From Alphaproteobacteria bacterium (GTDB taxonomy: Bacteria; Pseudomonadota; Alphaproteobacteria; CALKHQ01): DNA of 64,000 bases. Numbering within the stretch: position 1 is the first letter of the stretch; every line of letters begins with the position of its first letter. Of the stretch, positions 63,993 to 64,000 are shown in pieces. Made by a program: the position numbers and the translations under genes. The DNA lies in NCBI GenBank assembly GCA_965227515.1, contig CBDDFZ010000001.1, positions 3,808,001 through 3,872,000 on the forward strand, read 5' to 3'. Below the pieces are notes generated by a model that saw only the letters and a program-made list of their open reading frames with translations, ran no database searches and was not told the origin of the DNA.

Positions 63993-64000
63993 TTCGGTCT

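Overview
High-GC alphaproteobacterial (Rhodospirillales-like) chromosomal window, mostly housekeeping genes: cutA, dsbA-aroQ-accB-accC-aat, NDUFA12-mlaD-DUF2155, clpS-clpA, phasin, a PadR-RND efflux operon, a two-ABC type I secretion operon, livHMGF/K, mucR, nrdR-ribD-ribE-ribH-nusB-thiL, hppA, a vanadium haloperoxidase and a LapG-like peptidase. The main unexplained structure is at 26480-27762: four sibling ~62-66 nt small-RNA-like units. Each has an invariant 22-nt C-rich anti-Shine-Dalgarno 5' segment, a 7-nt variable block and a Rho-independent terminator. Each also has its own GTGAC-N4-GTCACA (CRP-type) box centred 41.5-42.5 bp upstream of the conserved 5' end, and a Crp/Fnr gene with a CRP-like RETVAR recognition helix lies about 0.8 kb upstream. 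Other notable items: (i) an intact but catalytically stripped NrdJ-like ORF that retains tandem NrdR-like boxes; (ii) an IS110/IS1111 element inserted into a GTAG REP, with target and donor guide segments readable in its downstream non-coding region; (iii) three copies of a TA-flanked MITE, each supplying a gene's stop codon, one with an IS5 inserted at its end; (iv) CtrA-, LexA-, PhaR- and PadR-type operators. All calls come from reading the sequence and recalled family motifs; no database searches were run.
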